DNA of 51,269 nt from Rhizaria sp. SCN 62-66 (lineage: Eukaryota): contig MEDY01000385.1 in NCBI GenBank assembly GCA_001724265.1, forward strand, positions 1 through 51,269. The letters run 5' to 3'. A program made the translations under genes and the position numbers. Shown piece by piece: positions 1 through 10,600 of this stretch. Under the pieces are notes generated by a model. It was not told where the DNA came from, did no database searches, and was given only the letters and a program-made list of their open reading frames with translations. Numbering within the stretch: the stretch's first letter is position 1; every line of letters starts with the position of its first letter.

Positions 1-137
1 AGGCGGGGTGGGGACCGGGGTGGGGGTCTCATTGGGCGGGAAGGGGACCGGGGTGGGAGTCTCATTGGGCGGGAAGGGGACCGGGGTGGGAGTCTCGTTG
101 GGCGGAGTGGGGACCGGGGTGGGGGTCTCGTTGGGCG
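1..137 (-). repeat. 33-nt coding tandem repeat (~4 copies visible) encoding PPNETPTPVP(F/T)
   Basis: The plus-strand unit ~gggaaggggaccggggtgggagtctcattgggc recurs with a 33-nt period and is truncated by the window edge. Confidence 0.9.
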
Positions 138-765
138 GCACGACCACAGGGGGCGACGGGACAGGGGTCTCGTCGGCGGGGAACGTGAGGTCAGGGTCAA
201 CCACGACAAGGTCGTCGTTCTCGGCGTCAGCGTCGGCCTCGGCCTCGGCGTCGGCGTCGAGCTCGTACTCAACCTCAGCCTCAGCCTCGGACTCGTACTC
301 AGCCTCGTACTCGGCCTCAGCGTCGAGCTCAGCCTCAGCGTCAACCTCGGCCTCGGCGTCAACCTCGGCGTCAACCTCAGTCTCGGCCTCGGCCTCGGCG
401 TCAGCCTCAGCGTCGACCTCGAGGAGGACGATGCCCATGTCCTTGAGACCGAGCTCGTTGTTGAGCTCCTCGTCGACCTCGGCGGCGATCTGGGCCTCCT
501 CGCGCGAAACGGAGTCGAGGTCAAGCTCAGCGTCAATGTCAACCTCGGCCGCGGCAGAGTTCTCCAGGTAGCTGAAGCGGGGGAGATCGACGTCCGCGTG
601 CGGGGCGGCGTGGGCGGGCTCGCTGTCCTCCAGGTCCAGGCCAAGAGACTCGAGGGCCTCCTGGACCGTCAGCTCCGCCTGAATGATCGGGGAGAACTGC
701 GCTGCGTGAGTGGCGACAAGCACCGCACTCAGCGCTGCAAGCATAGCAAGGATTGTCCGTGACAT
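1..765 (-). CDS. Secreted/surface acidic, Pro/Thr-repeat protein (3' end runs off the window)
   Basis: Not in the ORF track because there is no stop inside the window. ATG at 765-763 follows a probable 5'-UTR intron acceptor (ttgcag|G ATG). It reads MSRTILAMLAALSAVLVATHAAQFSPII... (signal-peptide-like), then an Asp/Glu/Ala tract (EVDAEAEVDAEAELDAEAEYEAEYES), then NETPTPVP(F/T)PP repeats. The frame is open to position 1 with GC3-rich codons. Confidence 0.85.
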   Translation of the reverse strand, partial: MSRTILAMLAALSAVLVATHAAQFSPIIQAELTVQEALESLGLDLEDSEPAHAAPHADVDLPRFSYLENSAAAEVDIDAELDLDSVSREEAQIAAEVDEELNNELGLKDMGIVLLEVDAEADAEAEAETEVDAEVDAEAEVDAEAELDAEAEYEAEYESEAEAEVEYELDADAEAEADADAENDDLVVVDPDLTFPADETPVPSPPVVVPPNETPTPVPTPPNETPTPVPFPPNETPTPVPFPPNETPTPVPTPP

Positions 766-1633
766 CCTGCAACGCTTACACACTGTGAAAGCGACGAAAG
801 AAAGCGGACGAGTCGGGCAGCGTTCATGAGAGAGCAGGCGAAGGAGGAAACAATGGGAGAAATAGAGGGTGAGCGAAACGTCATCAGAGGCTCACGTGAT
901 ACGAAAGGATATAATCAATGTGGCAAAAACAGTTGTAAAAATGGCATAGCGAAAGGTCGCGGGGAACTAGCCACCAAGGACGACTAGGCACACAACCATC
1001 GCCTCCCAAAGAGAAGCCCTCCCAAGGAGCGTTACAGCCTCCCTGCAGAAGGCCTAGATAAACCCATTCGCATCTGTCAAACAAGCAAGGAATGCATTGT
1101 CTAGATTAAATGTCTCTCAAATTGCCACAAATGCATAGTCGCAGGATTTGGTGCTCTAATCAGCCCTTTTCGTCAACTTGACTTGCCCCCTTAGAGAAGC
1201 TTCTCCCACAAGATGACCGTGAGCAGCCGAAAAAGCGACGACTTTTTCGGTCCATGCCCATCTCACCACACCATCGAATTGTTCATTATTCGAGTTCATG
1301 TCAACTTGAACCCAGACTTTTGAGGTATAAATATCGTTTTTTGTAAATTCATATGTGTCATTATTTATTATAGTGGCAGAGAAATTTCAAAAGTCTTGTT
1401 CTATAGAGAGATGTAGCTGCGGAAGGGCTAATCTTATAGGCGGTTCTCGTTCAAAAAAACATCGTTATGTATCATGTTTCCAAACTCAATAAGCGTTAAA
1501 TCAATATTATGACTTGTAAATATTACTAAACTTAGCAAATACATATGTAAAGTGTTTTGAAACGTTCCTGTTATCGTTGTGTGATCACATCTGTGATGCT
1601 GCTGATTTTGACTATGGAGCTTTAGATATTCCC

Positions 1634-4600
1634 TCAGAGCGTCGAAATGGCGTTGTCGATCTGCATGACCCTGTTCATGGCCGACTCAACCCCCATGTGC
1701 AGCTGCAGCTGCAGCTCCGGGTCGAGCGCGGCCCGCAGCCGCCCCGCGGCCTCGTCGGGCCCCGTGAGCGGCAGCGTCGCCCGCACCAGCGCGCGCACGT
1801 GTTCCGCCACGCCCCGCAGCGCGGTGCGCGTATCCGCCGTCCGCGCGGCGGCGTCGCCCGCCTCGCCCTCGCCCGCGCCCGCGCCCGCCTGAGCGGCCTT
1901 GATGGCGGCGACGGAGCGGGTGATCCAGGCGAGCACCGTGGGCAGCGCGTTGTCGAGCACCGAGAGCACCTCGAGCGCCTCCTCGGCGGTGAAGCTGGCG
2001 CCCAGGGGCGACACGGCGAGCACTGCCGAGACGACCGCCAGACACATCTCTTCGTCGAAGTCGTCCTCCTCGCCCTCGTCAGCAGCAGCAGCAGTGTAAA
2101 CAGCGGAAGCAGGAGCATCATGGGCAGCGGAAGCAGGAGACTTGCTATCGCTGTCGCCGAGGAGGGTCGCACTCCCCGCGTCGCTCGCCTGCGTGCTTTG
2201 ACTCGGAGTGCGCGTGTCAGCGGACTGGGTCGAGGACAGCTGGAGCCCGTTCAGCATATCCGAGCCCTGGGCGTGCTGTTGCTGCAGCTGCCTCTGTTGC
2301 TGCTGCTGGAGCACCAGTTGCTGCTGCTGTTGCAGCTCCAGTTGCTGTTGCTGCAGCTGCTGAAGCTGTTGCAACTGCTGCTGCCGCAACTGCTCTTGCT
2401 GCTGATGGAGCTGCATTTTCTGCTGCTGCTGCAACTGTAACAGCTCCTGCTGCTGCTGTTGCTGCTGCATTTGATGCTGCAGCTGCAACTGGGCCATCTG
2501 CTGCTGCTGGTGCTGCTGCAACAGCTGCAACTGGGCCTGCGCTCTGGCAGCAGCTGCGTCTGCGCTCTCCGCTTGACTCTCCTGAGCCTGCGCCTGCGTC
2601 TGCACCTGCGCCTGCGCTGCCAAATTCGCCGCCTCCTGTTGCTGCACCTGCAACTGCTGCTGTTGTAGCTGGCTTTCCTGCTGTTGCTGGGCATAATGCA
2701 TTTGCTGCTGTTGCAGCTGTTGTTGCTGTTGCAACTGCTGCTGTTGCAGCAGCTGCTGCTGCTGTTGCTGCTCGTATTGCTGAGGCTGCAGTTGCTGCTG
2801 CTGCTACTGCTGATGCTGTGCCGCCGTGGCTGGCGCCCCCAGCACAGCCTGCAGCGTCGCGCTCGCGCACTGCGCGACGTCGACGCCGCTGTCGCCGATC
2901 GCGGCCGCCGAGGCGACCGTGACCTCGGCCAGGTGCTGCGCCCCGCGCGCGGCCAGCTGCGTGCTCGCGAACTCAAGCGTGCGCCGCGTCGTCGCCGCCA
3001 GCCCCTGCAGCGCCTGCGTCACCGTCGCCTGCGCGGCGCCGTCCTCGCTGCTGCCGTCTTCGATGCCGCCGTCCTTGCTGCCGCCAAGAGCAACGGCGCC
3101 GGCGACCTTGTCGACGAGGGTGAGGTCGCGGCCGCCCTCGAACAGGTGCCCGTAGGTCGGGAAAGGCAACGCCAGCGCAGCAAAGACGCCGCGGTTGAGC
3201 GTCTGCCCCAGCAGGCGCGTGGCGGCGGCCAGCGCGAGCACCGTGTCCTTGGCGGCGAGCATTACTGTCGCCGTCAGCGCGCGGCCAGCGTCTTCGGTCG
3301 TCACGGGGATGTACAGCGGGCGCGCGACCAGGATGTCGCGCGACACGTTGCAGCTTGCCACGGCCTGCGCGGCCTGGATCGTCTCGGGCGCGATGCCCAG
3401 GTTCAGCAGCGTCGCCGCCGCGGGCACTAGCGCCTCGACCGAGAGCAGCAGCGGAACGAGCCGCGTGATGAGGAAGTACGCTTCGAGCGCGACGCCGTTA
3501 GACTGTGAAGACGGGTGCGACTGGGCGAGCGCCGCGGCCGAGCCCACGAGCGTGGCCCAGTCGGCCGACGCCTCCGCGCCGCCGTGCAGCAGCGCGGGCG
3601 GCAGCGGGGCGGGCGCGGCGTCGGCCAGCTGCATGCGCTTGGGCGAGTAGGCGCCGAGCGCGGGCCACACGCGCACGGCCGCGGCGAGCGCGCGGCGCGC
3701 CGACGCCGTCACGAGCCCCAGCAGCGACTGCAGCGTCGCGGCGGCGAGAACCCCAGACGACAGCTGGAGGTGCTTCTGCGTCTGCTGGGCGCCCGCAGCG
3801 CGCCACGGCACGCGCGCGTTGAGCGCCTCGCGCTTCGTGAGCCACATGTGCGCCGCGTTTTGCAACGCCGACAGCGTCACGAGGAGCGGCGCCAGCGGCA
3901 GCGCGCTGGGCAGGTGCAGCGCGGATGCGGCGCCGAGCAGCGGGCAGGCTGCGACGTCGGCCGCTGGGTCCACGAGCTCCAGCGGAAGCGCCTGGTCCTC
4001 CGTGAAGGGCGTGGCAAAGCGCAGCGGGGGCATGCGCCAGCGCGGCGGCAGCGAAATGTCGCCCGCGCTGAGTTGGCGTAGATGCCGCAGCGGGCGCAAG
4101 TTGATCCGAGCGGCCTTGGGCTCGGTCGCGGCCACCACGGCCGCCGTGGCGTTGCGCGAGAGCACCACGGCCGGGTCCCGGGCCGCGTGCGCGAGCGCGG
4201 CCGTCATGGCGGCGTGCACAGTGGAACGGTGGGCGGCGTCGGTGGAGACCAGCGCCGCGGCCGCCGAGTCGCCCTGCGGCTGCATGCGCACGCCGGAGCC
4301 GGCGGGGCTGATCTGCTGCTCAAGGCTGGAGAGCGTCTGCTGCATGTCAGGCAGCGGCATCTGCTGTTGGTACTTGAGCAGAGCGTGCAGCTTTTTAATC
4401 ACGGGCAGCGCTGAGTAGGTCTGGCCCTGCACACCAGCAGCAGCAGCTGTAGCAACAATATCAGTAGCAACAGGAGAAGCAGTAGCAGAAGCAGCAAGAG
4501 CAGAAGGAGAAGTAGCAGGAGCAGCAGCAGCAGAAGGCGCGCCGCTGGTCAGAAGGCCGCCGCCGACGCCGCCAGCGCCGCCAGCTGCCTGGTCGCCGAG

Positions 4601-7600
4601 CGCGGACGGGCCGCTGAGACCTCCGTCTCGCGGACTCTGTTGCTGTTGTTGTTGCGATTGTTGTAGATGTTGCTCACGTTGCTGCCGATGTTGTTGCTGC
4701 TGCCCATCAGCAGTCAAGTCGGCACCCGAGCTCGGGCTCGCCCTGCCAGCACCGAGCGCGTTGATCGTGTTGAACGCCTCTTGACCGGCAGCCTTCTGAC
4801 GCGCCCGCTTTTGAGATTGCGGCTCAGGCGCATTCGGAGGACTCGGACGCAACTACCCCTGCTGCTGGAGCGGTTGCTCTCGGCCGTGCAGCTCAGGCGG
4901 AGTCTGCGCCGCGTCGAGCAACGCCGCTTTAGCGTACGCGCGGCACGTGCGCAGCAGGTAGTGCAGCCGCGCGACCGCGGCCGTGGCGAGTGCGTCGAGC
5001 TGCCCGGGCCGCAGCGGCACCACGGGGTACATGAGCGGCGGCATGACGGGCATCGAAGTCACGTTCCCGTGCACGCCCGGCGCAGCGAGGCGGCAGATCT
5101 GCGCGCGGAAGCTGCTATCAGGAGCGTGTACGCCTGCGTAGCGGTCGCGCAGCGGGTTGGGGTGTGAGCTGTACCGCAGCCCTGGGACGACGGACGCGTC
5201 CTCGGTCGCGGCCTTCTGCAGCAGCGACAGCTGCGCCTGGCGGACAGTCTCGCGGCCCACGGCGGCGAGCAGGCCGTGGTAGCTGTACCACTCGCGCGAG
5301 ATCACAGTCACCAGCGGGAAGCCCACGCGCGCCTCCCAGCCCGCTCTGTTGTTCGCGACAGTGTCAGCGCCCGCGTGGGGGGAGCTCTGGGGCGAGCCCT
5401 GGGGCGGGTCTGCGAGCCCGGCGATCATGGCGTCGCTGACGCCGGGACACAGCAGGCCGCTGTAGTTGATCTGCACGTCCGCGTCCGCCACCGCTGGCCC
5501 GTGCATGTGTTTGGGCCAGCCGCCGCCTAGCACGATGGACCGGAACGGCAGGTCGCCGTGCGAGAAGACGCCGAGCATCCACCCGTGCTGCGCCGAGGTC
5601 AGCAGGCCCGCGAGCGCCGCGGCCGGAGCGCCGGCGTTGGGGTTTGATGGCACGAGTGCCCGCGGCACAAGGCGGTCGAAGCCGAGGCGGTGCGCGGCCA
5701 CGAGCAGGTGCCGGTCGAGCTCGCAGCTCCACCAGGCGGCCGGCAGCGGCGGCGTGCCCGCGCTGGGGCCGTGCGGCGCCGCGGCGCTCAGCGCGAGCAG
5801 CGGCATCGGGTGCGCCGTGTACGCGGGCGGCCACATCGTCATGCGCCGGCCCGTTTCCGGGAGCGTGACAACGTCCGCGGACGCCGCGCACTGGCGCGCA
5901 GCTTCGGGCGCGCCGTCGCTGCCGTCGGGAGCTGGCGGCGGACACAGGTAGCCCGTCGCGCGGTCGATCAGCCAGCGCACAGGCACCGGCTCGGGGGCCG
6001 CGTGCCGCTGCGCATACTCGGCCTCAGCCAGAGTCAGCGCGCTGGGGGCCGTCGGCTTGGAGTCAGTCTCAGCAGCTGACGGCTTGGAGACGGCGTCCGC
6101 GGCCGACGATGAAGATGAGGACTCGGACGCAGCCTCGGGCTTAACCTTCACGTCAGCTGAAGCGGCGTCAGCTGGGGCAGCAGCAGCAGCAGGAGCAGCA
6201 GCAGCAGCAGTCTCAGACTCAGCCTTGACGGCAGCAGTCCCGGGCTCAGTCTTAATGACAGCAGCCCCAGACTCCGTCTTGACGGTGGTCCCGGCGCCGT
6301 CCGCCATTGCGGCGCCAGCAGGCGCACTCACACACGCACTGCCGCCCTCAGGCTTGACATCCGTACTATCAGTCATTTGAACCGGTGCGGCCGCTGCAGT
6401 CGCTTCACCTGCGGCAGTCGCCCCAGCCGCTCCAGCTGCCTCAGGCACCACCGGAGCAGGAGCCGCGGTCGCAGCGGTCGCTTGAGCCGCGTGCGCGGCC
6501 GCAACGGCCCTGTCGCGCGCCGTCCCGCGCTCGATGGCGGCTTTGTACGCGGCCTCCATGCCGACGCGCGTGGCGTGCCACCACTGCAGCGAGCCCTCGA
6601 GCGCGCGCAGCCCCGAGGCCACGGTCGGCGGGATCGGCTCGTGGACCACGGTGGCGCCCGCGGTGCCGTGGCCGCCGCGCGGCGCCGCGGCGGGCCCGGG
6701 GCTGGGCAGCGGGCCGAGCACGGGGCGCGCGAACAGCCGGTCCAGCAGCGCCTGATCCGAGAGGGCCTCGAGGAGCACCGGGAGCTGTTGGTGCAAGGCG
6801 TCGCTCGACGGACCGACGTTCATAAAGGCCTGGTTCAGGGGCAGCATCGGCGACAGCAGCGTTGACGCCACGGCCTGCGCCGACATGAAGGAGCGGAAAA
6901 AGGGCCGCGGGAGCGGGTTCGAGTCTGGCAGCGCGGACGCAAGCTCCTCGGCCGACCGCGCCAGGGCGGCGGTGGCGGCGGCCGCGGCCTCTGCGTCGTC
7001 ACCGTCGTCCGGAATGAACAGCCCCGCGACATCGCGGCCGGCGCGCAGGTTGCTCAGCCGCACGATCGGGTCCAGTAGCGTCTCAGGGGTGGCGAGCATG
7101 GCCTCCTGACTGCAGCCGCGCGCCGCGGCCTCCGAGGCAATGATGCGCTCGATGATGGGCCAGACCTGGCCCTGCGCGACGCCGAACACGGGCGCCTCGA
7201 TGCGCACGCAGATCTCGCGCAGCTCAGACAGCTCGAACGGCGCGTCGATAAGTGTGCGCGTCTCCTCCTCGGTCGCGCCCGCAGCGGCAGCCACAGCGGC
7301 GCGCCGCTCGCGCGCCGCCGCCACGGCCTCCATGAGCTGGAAGCGCAGCGTGAGGCGCAGCGACAGGAACGCCGGGTCGCGCCGCAGGACGGGCCCCATC
7401 GTGGGGTTGACGGTGACCATGAGGTCGTGCAGCAGCGCGGGGTCCTGCAACAGCGGCGTCACCGAGAGCGGGGCCGACACGGCTAGCCGCGGCGCCGCGG
7501 AGTTGGTGAAGGCCACAGGCAGCACAGACTGCAGCGGCCCGTCGGCCGGGTACGCCTCCCCAACCCGCAGGCCGAGCGCGACGAGCTCGAGCAGGCACCG

Positions 7601-10600
7601 GTACTGGCGGGCCGCGTCGCCGCGGTCCAGCTGTGCCGGCGTGGCGCCGCGGCCGACGTTCTCGGCCGTGGCCACGGTCATGACCGCGCCAGCCGAGACG
7701 GCGGCCACGGTGACTGGGTCCGAGCCGGGCGGGAGCGTGGCGAGCTGCGCCAGCGCGGGCGGCATGAGCCGCAGCATCTCGGGCGACTGCGCCTGCGCCT
7801 GCAGCTCCGCCAGCGGGACGGGCAGCGCGAGCATTGGGAAGTGCCATGTCGACGCGATCGAGTGCAGCAGCGCGACCTTGATGGCGGAAAAGGCGTAAGA
7901 GCGCAGCGCGTTGTCCGAGAGGTCAATGTAAGGCGTGAACCGCGCAAGCACTTGGTCTGGCACTGGCGCGACGCCGAGGCGGAAGTTGCGAATGAATACC
8001 CACGGCGTGCGCGGGTCCTGCTCCAGCGTGCCCTGCGCGATCTCCGTCTGCAGCGTGCGGCGGATCTCGCGCCAGCGCCCGTAGCCGAAGCGCGCCAGCG
8101 CGGCGACGAAGGCCGTCAGCGCGGCGGGCCACAGCTGCGAGTCCCTAAACGAGTACCCCACCGTCGCCGTGGCGAAGTCTGGCAGCGCGGACGCCGGGAC
8201 CGTGACGGCGCCGCGGAACATGGGCGGCGTCACCGGCAGCGGCTCTGCGCCCGTGTACACGCCATCGGTCGGCAGCACCATCTGCTCGATCCGCGCCTGC
8301 GCGCCCTTCACCGACGTCACTTCGATGCCGTTGTAGGACCAAATCTGCGCGGCGGCCGCGGCAGCGGCCGCGGTTGCGCGTGCGACCGCCTGGGCGGCGC
8401 GGGCACTCATCTTCTTGGCGCCGGCGCCCCTCGCAAGCCCGTCAGCAGCACCTGCGGCAGCACCGGCAGCGCCAGCGCTAGCAGCAGCGGCGGCGGTGGC
8501 GGCGTTGGCGGCGGTGTTGCGATGCGCCGCCGCGGCCGCGCCACCGCGCGGGGCGGCCCCACGCTCGGGCACATAGTCGACGTCGCTGTCGGTGTCGCTG
8601 TTGTCCGAGTCGTCCATGTCGCTGCCGCTGGACAGCACCATGTCGGCGTCGCGCTTGGCGGCCTTGCTGCCCTTAACGTGGCGCATGACCGTGACGTCGT
8701 CGTCGGCGTCCATGCCCGCGAAGCTGCCCTTGCTGCCCGCGCCGGTGCCGCCCAAGACGGAAGCCACGGCGGCGGCGCGGCGCGAGCGCGGCTCCAGCAT
8801 GAAGGCCCCGCCGTCGCCCTCGAGGCCGAGGCCTAGGGAGCGCGCGATCTTCTCTTGCTCCGTCAGCGCGGCGGGTGCCAGGCCAATCTTCTCCCAGAAC
8901 AGCGGGTCGTCAAGATCCACGTTCGCCGCAGCGCCGCCCTCGGCCGTCTCGACGAACACCGCGCTGGCGAAGGCGTTAGCGGCCGCCGCGGCTTCCTGCT
9001 CTGCGGCCGAGATCGTGGTGGTGGAGGCCATGCTCGAGGTGCCGTAGAGGATGCGCTCGATCTCGTCATCGGTGATCTCGCTGCTCGCCTCCGTCGCCGC
9101 CGTGGTGCCGTCGCCGCCGCCCTCGAGGAAGACGCTGTAGGCGCCCTCGCGTAGCAGACGCTCGATGTCGCGCGCGCTCGCAGACGTGCTCTTAGACCGC
9201 TTTGACTTGGACACGACGCCGTCCTCGTTCGCGCCGCCGCCGCTGTCGGCCGCGGCCTTCTTGCCCTTGCCCTTGCCCTTAGCGGCTTTGCCCTTGCCGG
9301 CCTTGCCCTTGGCCTTGGCCTCAGCGTCACTGTCATCGCCGTCGTCGTCGCCGTCCTCACCGTCGCCGTCGTCCTCGTCGGAGGACGACACAGTCTTGCC
9401 TGCTTCTGACACCTGCTCGGTGACGTTGTGCAGCACGGCACGCTCGAGCCCCAGCTTGCGCGAGGCCATGTCAAACATCTTCTGCTCGTACGAGCCCTTT
9501 GTGATGAGCCTGAACACGCGCACCTCCTTCTTCTGACCGATGCGGTGCGCGCGCGCCTGCGCCTGCACGTCCTGCTGCGGGTTCCAGTCCGAGTCGAAGA
9601 TGATCACCGTGTCGGCCGCGGTCAGGTTGATGCCGACGCCGCCGGCGCGCGTCGTGAGCAAAAACACGAACTTGTCGCTGTCGGGCGCGGAGAAGCGGTC
9701 GATAGCGGCCTGGCGCGCGTTGCCGTGCACGTCGCCGTCGATGCGCTCCATCGCGAAGCCGCGCGCGTCGCAGTAGTCGTGCAGCAGGTCCAGCATCAGC
9801 TTGAACTGGGAGAAGATGAGCACGCGATGCCCGTCGCGGCGCAGGCGCGGGAGCAGCTTGTCAAGCAGCTTCAGCTTGGCGGAAGGAGCAGCGAAGAAAT
9901 CGCCCTAATAAAAAAATGTGTGTCAAGTAACAAAACATGGAATGAATTCAATTTGAGCTTGCTCAAGTATTAGAAAAAAATGATTTTGTTATAAGACAAT
10001 GCATAAATATGTTGGAACGATATCGACGTCGTTTCGTACCTGGAACTCGCGCTTCTGCCGCGCCTCAATCGCGGCCCTGGCCTCCAGGTCTGGCGCCGCC
10101 GCCAGCTCGGCCGCATTCCGCCGGTTGACCGCGGCCGTGATCTCGCCCGCGTGCGCGGCCTCGAGCCCGTCGAGCAAGAACGGGTGGTTGCAGCACTTGC
10201 GCAGCTGCATCGAGATGTTCATCATTGACGGCACCACAGCGTCGGACGCGCTCTTGCGCGCCAGCTCGTGCAGAATCGCCGAGTTGCGGTCGAACACGGC
10301 CTTGTAGTATGTCTTCTGCAGCGGCGTGAGCGCGACCTGCACCAGCGTCTCGCGCAGCGGCTTGAGCGCCTTCTCCACGTTGGCCTTGTTGCGGCGCAGC
10401 AGGAACGGCCGGATGAGGTCGTTGAGCTGCGCGACGTCGGCGCCGCCCGTGAGCTCGCCGTATTTCTCCAAGAACGCCGCCTCGGACCCGAAGCCGGCGG
10501 GGTGAAGGAAGTGCAGTAGCGCCCAGAGCTCGGACATGTTGTTCTGGATCGGCGTGCCCGTGAGCAACAGCCGGAAGCCCGTCTTGAGCTTGTTACAGAA

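Noticed and set aside
1-137. 33-nt periodic repeat as a CRISPR array or telomeric repeat
   Set aside because: There are no unique spacers, the period is a multiple of 3 and encodes a peptide repeat, and the context is eukaryotic coding sequence.
8-571. Plus-strand 187-aa Gly/Ser-rich ORF
   Set aside because: It is the antisense shadow of the minus-strand secreted protein, which has an ATG, a signal peptide and typical codon usage.
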